From NCBI RefSeq assembly GCF_009914755.1, contig NC_060932.1: DNA of 64,000 nucleotides, one strand, 5' to 3'. Numbering within the stretch: the stretch's first letter is position 1; each line of letters starts with the position of its first letter. The position numbers and the translations under genes are program-made. Below are positions 42,512-56,850 of the stretch, in pieces. The DNA is from the human T2T-CHM13v2.0 reference genome, Homo sapiens. Under the pieces are notes generated by a model. That model was not told the DNA's origin, searched no databases, and saw nothing but the letters and a program-made list of their open reading frames with translations.

Positions 42512-43395
42512 AATCCAGTTTTCAACTTACTTGTCATTGGTTCAGGTGTGCCAGTTCTTCTTCCCAACTGTCATCACAAATTTTAGTCTCAAAGCATTAT
42601 TTCGTCTTTTTTGCTGTTATTCCCCACTCCCTGGCACCTCACACGGATAAGACCTTTAATAAATAGTGAAATGCAGAGTTTTTCAAACTTGATCAATGAT
42701 CTTTAAAAGAAAAACTTAAATCGCCATGGAGCCCCGAGAACACAGGTAGTAATTCCTATATGAGAAATAACAGGGCGATGGAAAGGAGATGGAAGGAGAA
42801 TCACTTGACTGCGTCGCCTCGGAGAAATCATGGCCAGATTACCTCCCCAAACATGGTAGCAATTCACACTCTCAACTGCAAGCCTAGGAGTGTCCATTTC
42901 AGGCTTCAAACTGTAGCAGCACAAAGATCTATTCAACAGCAAACTCAAAGAGCTAATGTGTAAATCACCTCAAGATTCCCCACGTAGTTGGATACTTCTT
43001 TGTTGGCAAAATCCCAGAAACATCTCATCATTGCCCTGGAACCATGTGGCGGCTCAAAGTGCAGGATTTTAAAACCCCAGGTCTAGGTCACACCTAGAAT
43101 GGTCCCCTTCCATAACTGTGCTTGTGGGTTGATTGACCTGGAGATAGAGTGGGTGGGGGCGAGTGTTCCCTCGGACTCCCGAACTGTTGGTGGGGCCTGA
43201 GATGGCCCCATCTAGGGAGAGGCCTTGAAGGAGCTGGCCCAGTAACAGAGGAAGGAAAGTCAGTGGCCACACTAGCAAAGGGCACCCATGCAGAAATCCA
43301 CTGTTGGGAACAGTGCTCCCTGCCAAAGGTCTCTGAGAGCTCTCATCTTTCCCCTTACCTTATTAAACAAGCATTTACTAAGGGCATACTCATAG

Positions 43396-43717
<322 letters not shown>

Positions 43718-43923
43718 GCCAACACTGTATTTTGAGCTGGGAACTCATGATGCAATCTCTGCTTCTAGGAGTTTTGTAGACTCCTCAGGAGCCAGTGAGT
43801 AAATGCCATAATATACTGGTATGATGGTAGGGACTCTGAGGAAGGTACCTGACTCAGAATTGAGGAAAAAACAGAGGAAACTTTCTTGGAGGAGTTGATC
43901 CCTATGGTTAAAACCCACAGTGG

Positions 43924-44292
<369 letters not shown>

Positions 44293-46816
44293 CTATGTTC
44301 AAAGGTAGCAGAATAACATGGACAGAGCCAGGGTCCAGAACCTTACTAAGCTGATCTCAAATCCCTGCCCCTCGGTTTTGTAGCCTGGCTAAATTACTTA
44401 ACTCTCCTCATCTAATAATTATACATACCCCGCAGGGCTGCAGTGAAAATTAAATGAGATAATGAATAAAAAGTTCCAGGCACACAGTGGATTTAGTGGC
44501 TGGCATTAAGTGTTACGGTATTATCCATTACACTGGTCTATAAGGTGCTTACCCATAGGTCTGTCATCATTACATTATTCATCTTCCTAGCCTCGCTGCA
44601 CAGCTCAGAGCCTTGCATTTGGTAGGCGCCCAATGAATATTTATGAAATGAACGTTGAATAAGCGCAAAGGCATATAAATAAGTTTTCAGGATTAGAAAG
44701 CCATTTATATACGTCTGGAGCCCATGTATAGCTTTGCTATACACGCTGACCCACGGCTTCTCAAAACTGAAAGGCACATCTTTCCCTCACACACTCCCAA
44801 AGCATTGGCTTTCCCCAGCGCACCCCACGCAGCAGCACTCCTTCTATGACAGCACCCCTGCCCCACATCGACCCAGGCACACACAGCTGGGGGCACCTCC
44901 TGCAGATACACAAATGCACAAGCTGAACTGCTGAGACAGGTTTACCTCGTGAAGCACACAGCCGCTGCTATAAATGTTAACTAACAACCATCTTCAGCAC
45001 ATCAAATGTCCCGCCCTCCCTTTTGCTTGCATATAGACACCCACAGAGATGCCCGTTCTTTTTCTACTAGTTTTCTTCTCTTCTTAAGCAGAGTGAGCGC
45101 CCCACACTCACATCCACCCAGCTGAGACCTCTTACTAGGACTCCCAGTTGCTCCATCCTATTAGCTGTGGGACCTTAGGGAAAGCCTTTCCCTTCTGACG
45201 CCTCCGTTTCTTCACTGGCAGGCACAGAGAGCCCACCGCACCAACCTGGTAGTTATGTTGTGAGGATAAAGGAGATAACGTATGAGATAACGTCTATGAT
45301 GAGCAGAAAGAGCCTCCAAAGAAAAGCGCTGGATAAATACAAGGTGTAACGCCACGCCTGATTAGCCTGCATGCTCTCTGCCCACAGACTTCTACCCACA
45401 GACTATGTTCCACTCCACTCTTAAACACAAACACCTTTCCCGTCTGTACATGCTATCTCTAATACCCATATGCGCACACTCTTCGGGCACCTCCATTCTC
45501 CCTCTGGATGCCTGCAGAAAATTGTTTTTGAACTTAGAGAAAGCTCAGGTTGCAAACACCCTCTTGCCGGTACCCGCAGACTCTTCTCAGGGTCTTGGTG
45601 CAGGAACTGCCAAGCAGATAGCTCATCTCTTTGTGGCTGGGCTCCTGGGCTCCCAGCATTCCTATTAGGCTGCACTTCCAGCAGAGTGTGGGATCCTTAT
45701 TAGGAGCAGCGCCTGCCCGGCATGGTCCAGAACTCAGTGCCTCCTCAGTACTTTCCCAGCGCCCGGGACCAGAGAGTAGAGGGGCTGATGGCAGCGGGAC
45801 GGTGTGGAGGGAATAAGTGAGACAGGAAACACTTTAGGAGGCCAGATCCCTAAGCACTTCTTATTCCTGGGAAATTGAAGACTGCGAAGCTAACAAGTCT
45901 GGAGCACTTTCCCAGGCCTGACATACTCGTGGGCGAGCACAAGGCTCATTTGCTCCACAGTTCAAACCTTTCCACTTGGAGCACGAAAAAGAGACATCAC
46001 CTGGCCCTTGGTGTCTCGGGGATGCCTGTTGCTGCCAAGCTGCGACCTCTGAAGCCCCTCCAGCCAGAGCAAAGCCTGTGGCAGGGTGGAGGGGTGAGGT
46101 CTGGCTGCCTAGGGTGGCGGTGGAAGAAGTGAAGGTAGTGTGGGGCTGTCTGTGTGTGCATGGTGCTTTGACTAAATTCCTGAATTGCACATCCAGGACC
46201 GACCCCAGGAAGCTGCAGCCCCAGGGAGCCACTTAGACACTTCGATTTACCACCTTCCTCTCTAACCACCTCCGCCCGTGTGACTTATTCCTTGAGGGAA
46301 ACCTTTCAAATCTCTGGCTGCAACGCACCGGTGTCCTCCCCACCGGTGTGGACACAGCTCATCTGCAAAGTTCCAGGCGGCGAAGTTCAGCGGCCCGGAC
46401 CGACCGCCGGACCCTCTTCCTGCGGCCCCTGCTCCTGCGGCCTCGCGTCCCCACCTCCCACTTCTTCACCTCCGACACCAGTGTCACCTAACACTGACGT
46501 CCCCGCCAGGATCAGCATCGGTGCTGGGAATAGACGAACCCCGTCTGCAGGAGACACGAAGACAAAGACAGGAGGACAGACGCACAGTCACCTCCTCTGG
46601 GCCGGGCCGGAGAAGCGGCGCCCACCCTGCAGAGGGGAGACCCTGACAGCTCCACGCGGAGACAAAGACACCTCGACAGCCACGGACACAGACAGACAAA
46701 GACCGACGGACGCGCGGACGCACGGACGGTCCGGCCCGGCGAGGGGAAAGCGGTTTCCCGCAGCCAGGGCAGCAGACCCTCCAGGGGCGAGGAGATCCCC
46801 GGCCACCGCACCTTAC

Positions 46817-47040
46817 CTGCCCCCTGCGCCTCGGGCGCACTTGAGACTTTTTTTTTTTCCCAGTGTTTCCCGGTGTGTTCCCGTCTCTCTTTTTCCAGAG
46901 CTGCTGAGCGGGCCGGGCCGGTCCCACTGCGCGGGATGCAGCTCCCGGCTCCCACTCACTGGCCGAGGCGGGCAGAGAAACTTTCGGCCTCCCCGCCCGG
47001 CCGCTGCCAACCCGCCAGCTCCAGGCGCGCCGGCCTCTGC
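46817..47040 (-). other. PLEKHA6: Non-coding first exon (5' UTR) of a minus-strand gene; tentatively PLEKHA6 exon 1
   Basis: Consensus donor CAG|GTAAGG (+ strand ccttacctg 46811-46819), lying just downstream of GC boxes and a CCAAT box in a CpG island. No ATG on the minus strand. The exon itself is well supported; the gene name rests only on recalled layout (exon size, long intron 1, upstream lncRNA position) and the TSS is approximate. Confidence 0.5.
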
Positions 47041-47055
47041 GCGGGTCCCGGAGCC

Positions 47056-47129
47056 GGGGCGGGGCGGGGCGGGGCGGGGCGGGGCGGGGCCGGCCCGGGG
47101 CGGGGCCAGAGCCGGCGCCGCTGATTGGC
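47056..47129 (-). promoter_or_regulatory. Proximal promoter: (GGGGC)7 plus GGGGCGGGGC Sp/KLF array and CCAAT (NF-Y) box
   Basis: GGGGC x7 at 47056-47090, GC box at 47097-47106, ctgattggc at 47121-47129 (GCCAATCAG on minus, about -85 from the inferred TSS). Confidence 0.85.
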
Positions 47130-47960
47130 AGCGAGCTGCCGGCAGCCTGGTCTGTGCCGCTCGGCGGCCTTTGTTCCGGGCTGACAGCTGGGGCTGCTCG
47201 CGACCTCGCGGCTCCTTCGCGCCCGCGGCCTGCGCGGGGTCCCGGGTCCCGTCTCTCTGCTCTCACTTCCATCAGCCCCATTGGGCGACCCTGCCCCCTC
47301 AGTCTTCCTTTCTTGCCTGGCCCCCTTTCTCCGATTGTTCCTGTCTTGCTCTTGTCGCATCCTTTTTTCCCTTTCATTACCTGAAATTCTTACTCCAGTT
47401 TTGTTTAAAATCCATTCCTTCTCCCGTTCTGTGTATGTTCCCCTTTCTTCATTACCCCTTCCTCTTAATCGCCAGTTTATTTTTCTTAATACCGTCTCTC
47501 CCGCTCCCGACTCGCACTAAAGGGCGTGTGTTTTGTTCAAGGACTGGACTAGCACCCAAGTGAGGGGCATTGCGAACCACACCAGGATTACAGGCTAGAG
47601 TCCAGAGCACCGGGACTCCCACTCCCAAAACATGTCAAAAGCAAACTTTTCCAGCTCTGAGGGAGCTGAGTTTCCGGTGACAGCAGAGGCCTGTTTCAAG
47701 TTTATAGCTATTAGTCTCACCCAGTCCCCTTATAATACTATCATTTTCTCAACCACCCTCACTTTTAACTTCTAGCAATTGAGCCAGGAGAGGATTCAAG
47801 CTTACAAGGTTTTGTAGGACAAAGGGTCAGTTAACCGGAGTGCTAGGTGCAGCATGAGGCTTGGGGGCTTGAGGGTGCACTGAGGCTAATCCTCTAAAAC
47901 CAGGCTTGGCGGGAAGATGGCAGCTCTGCCCAAGGAGTGTTAGCCTCATCTTGAAAGAAG

Positions 47961-47962
<2 letters not shown>

Positions 47963-48001
<39 letters not shown>
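47963..48001. repeat. (TG)19 microsatellite
   Basis: Perfect TG run about 0.9 kb upstream of the minus-strand TSS. Confidence 0.95.
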
Positions 48002-48002
<1 letters not shown>

Positions 48003-48055
48003 GGGGGGTGGGGGATAGATGTAATGGATTAGGATTGACATAGCCGATCTGATTA

Positions 48056-48470
<415 letters not shown>

Positions 48471-49421
48471 TCAAAACCCTGTAGGGGAATCTCACTGCCT
48501 TCGGTTGTTGACCCTGAAGACTCTGACCTTCGAATCTAGGCTTCCTGAAAGATGGCACCGCGAGGGTTTAAGAACACAGACAGGCTTCGCTGCTTGTTAT
48601 TTGAGCCAGTACCTTCCCCTCCCTCTTTCTCAGTTTTTCTTTTTCTTTCTTTCTTTTTTTATTTGTGAAATGAGGTAACAAGTCCCAGTGTAAATTCCCT
48701 GAAGGCAGGAACTTGTTCTCTTTTATTGGTGGCTGAGGGACTTGGTCTGTTTTATTCATAGATGTATCCCCGACACCTAGAACTTGCCAGGCAACATAGT
48801 AGGCACTCAATACGTATTTGTTAAATGAATGAATTTCTCACGTATAGGTTTGTTCTGATGATTAAATGAAACCCACTGCCTTGCGGTAAGTACATACACG
48901 TGGCAGTGATTACAAGCAATACGACAATTTCTAAGTGTCAACCCCAAAGGCTACTCAGCCTTTTCCTGAACATCACCTCCTTTTCCCCACCTTTGTATAA
49001 ACCTGCCCCTCAGTCTGAAAAGCTTTTCTCCTGCTCTTCTAACTCTACCTCTCAAAATCTGAGACAAAATATGGAACCCTTACTCACACCTTCTCTTATC
49101 GTCCAGGGCAAAATAATGTCTTCTTTTTCTAAAGCGCCATGCTTCTTTGTGTTGCATTTATTGACAGAGAACATGTATTCTTGCTTGCTGGTGAGAGTAT
49201 CTCAAGAATTTTAGCTGAATGAGTTAATATCGATCAAACATTCCAGCGCTTTAAGGAAAGAGCAGACTCCTGGAAGGTAGATTAAGGTATGAGGTGGGCT
49301 CCAGACTTCAAACTCATTTTCACGTCGTCGGAGGTGAGATTCCATGGAAGAGACAAAGGACTCTGGAAGCCCACTTTTTGTTCTGGCCCTACTGCTGACT
49401 ATATGCTCTTGGACAAGCCAT

Positions 49422-49567
49422 GTCCCTAATGAGGTCTCAGTTTCCTCATCTGGAAAGTGGATGGTTTGGAGTCCCTGATGAGACCTCAGTTTCCTATCTG
49501 GAAAGTGGATGGTTTGGAGTCCCTGATGAGGCCTCAGTTTCCTCATCTGGAAAGTGGATGGTTTGGA
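49422..49567. repeat. 3 x 48-49 bp minisatellite derived from MIR core
   Basis: Units at 49422-49470, 49471-49518, 49519-49567. Confidence 0.92.
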
Positions 49568-51038
49568 TGAGAAGATACTCCTTAAGGACCCTCCTTCAGC
49601 ACTGACACCTTTGTCAGTGACATTCTAGGTGAAAGCTGGGTATGATGTGCAGCCTTCCTGGAATGACTGAGTCAGGCAAAGGGTATGAGCAGTGTGTTGG
49701 TTTGTGTATGAGCGGTGGAAATGGGATACCCTATGGAACAACAGAAACACCCTGTGGAAGGGATACTTTAGAGACAGAATGCATAGAGAGTGGGGCTGGA
49801 AATGAGAAGGCAGAGTGGAGAAGGAGACCAGTGATGGACAGCACAGCATGTGTGTATGTATTATGGTTCCGTATGTGTGCATGAAAGCCTCAGGAATGTG
49901 GTCTCCAGCAGCACAAAGCCATAATTAGCTCCCTGATTCAGCAGTTGGGTATGGTAATGCAATGGCTGGGTGTGTCTACCCCCAACACCACCGGTAGGTT
50001 CTCAGTGTGGCTCCTTTTCTTCCTTGTCTAGTGAAGGGGCGCTGCCCTTCCTTAGTGTCTGGGTTCCCGAGAGGTGTCTTATGTGAAACTCTGCATCCCT
50101 CAGGCTCTCCCTTGCCTGAGTCGAGTCTAGAAAGCTGGGTCACAAAACATTTCTTGTAAAAATCTCCTACCCTCCTCCTGTATTCATCACCTGAGATACA
50201 GAGCATCATGCTTCATCTCTAGGACCTAAGATTGGCCACACTGGACCAGACCCATAGACCAGTTAAGCCAGCAGCTTGTTTGGATTACAGACAACTCTGC
50301 CTTCCTCAAGGTACTGTCACCTATCACAATTTAATTAATTCCCTGGCTTCTTGTTTGTCTGTTCATCTCTTCTGCAAGTTTCTTGTTCAAAGATCATGTC
50401 TGTCTTAGTCAACATTGAATCCACAGAACTCAGCACATTATTGGTACAAAGCAAGCGCTCAAAAAATACTAGAATGAGTGCTATGAGGGGAGGGAGGCGA
50501 GATGATGTTTCAGAGAGATAAATTGACTCAAATTCAGAAAATCCACGTGTATTCCTACTTCTTCCAATCTGCAGTCTTCTCACAACCCTTTGGAGGTTTA
50601 GTTTGCTATCAGTGAAAGAAGCCTAATAACATTTTCCCTATCTATCTTTTGGCAACAATACAAAATGAAAAGAATTAATAAAGTCAAAGGTGTTATGAAA
50701 AATACAAAATATCAAATAATTTTTTAATATTATTTCAAGTCTCAAAATCCAGGGCCTTGTGTTAAGAGAAAAGAAATGCTGACTATATTTAAGTGAGGTT
50801 GGATAATCTCCAAAAGCCGGTGAAAAAATATGAGCCTAGACAACTGAGCAAAGCTTTAAGGAATCAACTGAGGCCACTCCTGATTTCCCAGTGACCCCAG
50901 TAAAGGTCCAGGGAGACCAGTTTTTCTGCAGTCAGAGCCAATGGTCCCATGACCTTAGAAGATGTCTTACCATCCCTGTCTTTTTCCAGGGTAGAAAACA
51001 GTTCCCGTGGAGTTGCTTTGAATGTGCAACTTTTATAA

Positions 51039-51456
<418 letters not shown>

Positions 51457-52194
51457 AGGACCATCTCTCCTCTGTCTTCTCTGCATGTTATAAAGACAAA
51501 TGAGATAAAATGAAAGTAGTTTTTCTACTTTCCTCGAAAGTGCTGCATGACTTCAAGAAATTGTTAATCATCATCATCACTAGCATTATGATTCATAACT
51601 TCATTCTAAGTCTTCACCTGTATTCAGGTTAGGGAGACCAGAGAAGTTACAGAGAGAACAAATAGCCTTAGATGCCCTGGGAGAACTTGCTGACATACAA
51701 TTCCTATTCAACGATGACCCCTCCCTACTAAGACACTCAAGTTATATCAGGAAATATGTCCACCCTACTCTTTCAGTGAAAGGAAAACTGAGTCAAAGTG
51801 CAAGACAAGAAATTGACCCAGCTTCACTGGAGCTGGGACCTCAGGGTTTAAGGGCACATGCCTCCTACCTGCCTCAGAAACCTTGTAACTGACACAGGGC
51901 CTGAATGTGGTTTGATCTGGGCAGTGTTGACCACAAGCAGGCAGCCTTCTCCTGAGCAGAGAATAGTGAGACAGCTAACTTGGCTAATGCAATGCGAGGG
52001 CTCAAATGGCACTAACGGGCTGCCAGTGTGAATCGGTTTTGTTTAGGTACCAGCTGGCAAAGCTCATCTGAAAGTTAAGTAGCAAGCCCTTTGATGTGTA
52101 AACTCACGGTTGAACTAAATTACAGAGAAATGAGAAGGAAGTATTTTGAGTTGACTCCCTCGCTCCATCTTTTTCAATAGTGTATAATAGACTA

Positions 52195-52546
52195 TTTATA
52201 TCCTTTCCTTTTCTTCTTCTTTCTTTTTATTTTTTTTTTTATTTTTATTATTATTATTTTTTTAGACAGGGTCTCACTCTGTCGTCCAGGCTGGAGTGCA
52301 GTGGTACAATTTTGGCTCACTGCAACCTCTGCTTCCCAGGACTCAGGTGATCCTCCCACCTCAGCCTCTCCAGTAGCTGGGACTACAGGCATGTGCCACT
52401 ACCCCTGGCTAATTTTTGTATTTTTTTGTAGAGACGGTGTTTCGCCATGTTGCCTAGGCTGGTCTCAAACTCCTGAGCTCAAGCAATTAGCTCACCTCAG
52501 CCTCCCAAAGTGCTGGGATTACAGGTGTGAGCCAGTGTGCCCGGCC
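52195..52546 (-). mobile_element. Alu (J/S-type)
   Basis: Long T-rich tail plus antisense dimer; TSD-like agacta. Confidence 0.92.
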
Positions 52547-52659
52547 AACAGACTAGTTCTAATTTAACATCCAATCTCTGAAAGGTCTGGCCTATCACTT
52601 GTTCTGAAATTTATCTCCTCTGTGGTTTTGGCAAGTTTGTCCAAAATTATAAATCGTGA

Positions 52660-53100
52660 GGATGTTTCCATGTACAGGTAACAGAAAAGCTTGACTCAAA
52701 ATCCCCTAAACAATAGAAAAAAACCTCATGAATTAATAAGTTCAGAGATCAGGTCCCAGGTTCTTTTGTACCTTGGCTTCCCAGTGGCATCAGGAATCAG
52801 GCCTTGCCATGTCTCTGTTCTGCCATCCTCAGAGCATGGGCTTGGATTGCCCTTGGGATGGTTGCTTCATGATCATGGGTTGAATCTCTCGGTCTAGTCG
52901 GGACATCCAGAACTAGCAATGCGCTGAGGAATAAAGGACCTTTGTTCCTGCATCTCTTTTTCAAGATCAAGGAAACCTTTCCCAGAAGGCCTTCAGCTGA
53001 CCCTAAACAGCCTGGCCATGTCATCTAGCAGTCATGGGTTCACTCAGTAAAATTACCCTGATTGGCTTCGACCAGTCCATTGGTGGTAGATAGATATTGG
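52660..53100. mobile_element. Possible old MLT1-type LTR
   Basis: Loose resemblance only (gtaacagaaaa...gactcaaa, ttcccagaagg, tgattggctt). Confidence 0.35.
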
Positions 53101-54676
53101 AACATACCTGTGTAGCTCACCTTTGTCTTCAAGAAGGGGGAAAGAAGCCCTGTAGAAAACTAACAGCCATTGCTTGCCTATCACATGCCACACCTTTGCT
53201 GGACATTTTACCTACAGTATCTTACTTAATAATCACAGAAATTATTATCTCTGTTTTCCAGATGCAGAAACTGCAGTTCAGAGTGGCTAAACAATTTGCC
53301 TCAAATCCCACCACTAGTAGTGGAGGAGAAAGAATTGGAATTCAGGTTTATCCACACCCTTTGCTCTCTCTAGTCTTCCAGGCTGTCTCTCCAGAGTCTA
53401 TCTTTTCAGCTCTACCCAAGGCTGGAGACCACCTGCCCCAAATGAATGAGACCCTTCTAGGACCACTGCAAGCGCAAGGCATAGGATAGCTTCCCCTCTA
53501 GCATCAAGTTGAAACGGCCGTGTTCAGCTTTCCCACACCCTCACGTTTCCAACATGCACATCTCCTACGTCACCCCAGAGCTCCACATTGCCTCCCCACC
53601 ATCAAGGCCACGTCCATATCCGTCCATGTCCTGGCCCTCCTTCAAGCCAGATGGAAGTGTCTTTCAAGGCCCTCGCCAGGTCCTGACCCACCCTCCTTAA
53701 TCTCCCACTCCCACCCCATTGAATGAAGTTTCACTGAACAACACATACACATCCTACTATTCATTGCTTTATTGCCACTTTGTAACTTAGGTGGTATTGT
53801 TTCAGGTGAATGAAGCTCATTTTCTTACTGGATTTGAAGTGCTCTGCTCAATGCTCAGTACATAATAGGCACTCAATAAACATTAAAGAAATACATGAGG
53901 ACAAAGACCACCTCTTATTTTTCTATATCTTTAATAACACTCCGCCTGCTGCTGAGCACATGGCTGGTGACTAATGGACTAATTGACTTGGGGCTTATAT
54001 CCCCCCAGGGCTAAGGAATGGCACGCAGACAAAGAACCTGGCACGGCCCTTGTCAGTTCTGAGGGAGGTCTTTTGCAAATGGGCCCTGTCAAACTCACAT
54101 TTGCTTGTAGCCCTAAACTCATTTAAACAAATAGAGCATATGAGATCATGACTTCTGGGAAATCATTTAGTTCCCCTATGGGGAATGCTGGCATGCTCAT
54201 TTCCTCTCCCCAGGGGGGAGAAAAAAATAGCAGAGGCTTTGGAAACCCTGTGTGCTGCAATTTCATTTACACATTTACTCAGTGGTTTCTCAGGAAGCGG
54301 CTCCAGGAGTCCTAGAGGAGAGGATGCCGCACACAAAGGGCTGGGGAGATCAGAGACTGGTTGTCTGGGGCAAGGGGCTGCCCTGGGCTTGGGGTCCTGC
54401 TGGCCTGCTTGGTTTTCTAATTGAATCCTCCAGGTCACTGCCCCTCTCAATGAGCATCTCCATTCTTCTCTCATGTCTTCTGGCATTAACTACATTGCCT
54501 TTACTCTGCATATCAAATTTTATAGGTGTTGACCATATATTTTGCTTTTATTCCCAAGACTGACTGTAGTCTCCAAAAGATGGACTCAATCCAATCACTT
54601 AATCTGGGAGGAGCATAAGGGGGCGGGTGGTTGCATAACGTCATCACTGAGGTCAACACTGAGGTCATTTCCAATG

Positions 54677-55043
54677 TTCTCTCTCTCTCTCTTTCTTTTT
54701 TTCTTTCTTTCTTTGTTTCTCTCTCTTTCTTTCTCTCTCTCCTTCCTTCCTTCTTTCCTTCCTTCTTTCCTTTTTTCCTCCTCCCTCTCTTTCTCTCTCT
54801 CGTTTTTCTGTTTCCCTCTGTCACCCAGGCTGGAGTGCAGTGGTATGACCAGAGCTCACTGCAGCCTCAGCCTCCTGAGTAGCTGAGACTACAGGTGCTC
54901 ACCACCACACTCAGCTAATTTTTTGTAGAGATGGAGTCTCGCTGTGTTGCCCAGGCTGATCTCGAACTCCTGGCCTCAAGTGATCCTCCTGCTTCAGCCT
55001 CCCAAAGTGCTGGGATTACAGGCATGAGCCACTGGGCCCAGCC
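54677..55043 (-). mobile_element. Alu (J-type) with expanded CT/CTTT polypyrimidine tail
   Basis: About 140 bp pyrimidine tract followed by antisense Alu. Confidence 0.88.
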
Positions 55044-55439
55044 TCCAGAATTTTCTGTCTCTTTTTCCCCAGTTTCTAATAACAGCAAAAAAAAAAAAAA
55101 AAAAGAGGGTTTGTGATGGCAGCTAGTTTGAGTGGTCCATCCAGAAAGGGCTCTTGGTAATTGTTGACAAATTTTGCCTTCAGGGTTCAATGGAAACCAT
55201 ATTGCGAAGTAGCATCCGTTTGGTTAAGGTTTCCCAGTCACTGTGCCTACCTCACAGTGTTGCCGTGCAGGTTAAATGGGCTAATTACTTGTGCAGAGCT
55301 CAGCACAAGGAAAATGTATAGGAAAACTCTTAAGTGTTAGTTGTGGTTGTTCTCTTTGCCACCTCTCCCGCAATCATGAACCCAGAGCCTTTTCTACCCT
55401 ATTTCTTCTAATTAGAAAAGGTCTCATGATTTGGCCTGA

Positions 55440-56850
55440 AGCCCATTCAGCATGACGCAGTGGAAAAAAACATTTCGAGTCTATAGACCTGGACCAGTGG
55501 AAGACCTGGGTTGGAATTCTACTCTGCACTTAGCAGCTGAGTGACCTTGGCGTAGTCTTTTGCCTCCATAAGCTTAAGTTTGTGCCCTCTTGAGTGATAT
55601 TAACGATAATATTCCACGGGATTGGACGCAGGAAAAACGTACAACAGACTAAAATCCACCACAATCCTCGGTGATAGTGATTGCTATACGATAGAACGCT
55701 TAGACTAACATTTACCACACTTAGACTAACATCAAGGATAGTGATGGCTGAACGACAGAAGACTTTCCACTACTGCGAAGGACAGTGACAGTGAAATGTT
55801 GCTTCTTTCCCAGCTACAGCCCTACCCCCTCCCTAAGGTCTTTTCGTTTTATCAATGGACATAATCAATTAATCTAAATGAATGAGGCAGCACTGAACTT
55901 CCTGGCATTAGCAGTGGGCGGAGGAGGTACTCGGTTGGACAGTGGAGCGTCATCTCGTCCTTGAAACCCCAAGGTTAGGTAGAGAGCGGAGCTGGAAGGC
56001 AGAGAGCGAAAGCCCTTGCTCCAAGTTAGGAGAGACAGCCAGGGGGAACCGATCCAAAATGGCAGCTTGAGAGGAAGTAGCCGGCTGCCTGTTCTGGAAC
56101 CTCTCGGAGCGGTGTTTAGAATGTTCTCTCTCATTAATCCTATTTAAAGCCCGGCTGCTGAGAGGGGAGGCGGGGAGTCTTGTTTCAACTTGCAGCGGTG
56201 AGGTTCCCTGCCGCCACTGCCTCTGCTGTTGATGCAGGGCTGAGCCCAGTGCTGGGAGGGGCAGGGGGCTTTCTCAGGGCCACTGCTGCTGACTCTGACA
56301 GCCCCTCAGGAGAGCTGCTTAGGCATCCCCTCGCCTCAGACCTGCTTCTGACTCGCCCGACCCTGACCCTGAGTTTTGTTGCGGGAGAGGCTGTTTGCTA
56401 AGAAGGCAGCAGGTGTGGGCTGGCCAGCCAGCTGGTGATGAAGAAATATTGGAGAAAGGTGACTCTCCATTGAAGTGCCGTGGATAGTGGGTAAAAAAAA
56501 AAGTGGGGGGATTTTGTGCAAGAGTGTTTTCTGGGAATTTCCCTCTCCCTCTGGGCATGGGGAGGTCTCTAGCTGGTTTTGAAAACTAGGAACAAATATT
56601 CCCAGCCTTCCTCTTTGAGGTTCTCCTGGAGGGGCCAGATCTAGGGAACTGGGGCCTTCCTCACCTTGAAGGGGAAATGTGTGAGTGAACCTGCGATGAA
56701 TAATGTAGAGCCAGCGTTTGCAGAGAAAGAGTAGTGGACAATATTTACCTCTGTGGCGTTATTTCTGAGAGGCCGAAAAGAGACTTTTTCCCCACTAAAT
56801 ATTTCCCTGTAATTGATAGTCAATTCTTGGGGTTCATCTGTGGGCAGGTG
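55440..56850. promoter_or_regulatory. Candidate second promoter / lncRNA locus (possibly LINC00628 if the locus is PLEKHA6)
   Basis: CpG retained at moderate GC; TATA/MEF2-like CTATTTAAAG at 56140-56149; YY1-like CAAAATGGC at 56055-56063; GC box at 56164-56175. Confidence 0.4.

Larger units (their letters stand above)
46270..47300. promoter_or_regulatory. CpG island / promoter
   Basis: Very high GC and CpG density compared with CpG-depleted flanks; repeat-free. Confidence 0.92.

Noticed and set aside
46280-47563. 427-aa + strand ORF and 297-aa - strand ORF (46484-47377) over the CpG island
   Set aside because: Stop-poor GC-rich sequence giving low-complexity P/R/G/A translations with no recognisable domain; the minus ORF runs through the exon-1 donor
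49422-49567. Regularly spaced repeats resembling a CRISPR array
   Set aside because: Contiguous tandem units with no unique spacers; MIR-derived; eukaryotic DNA
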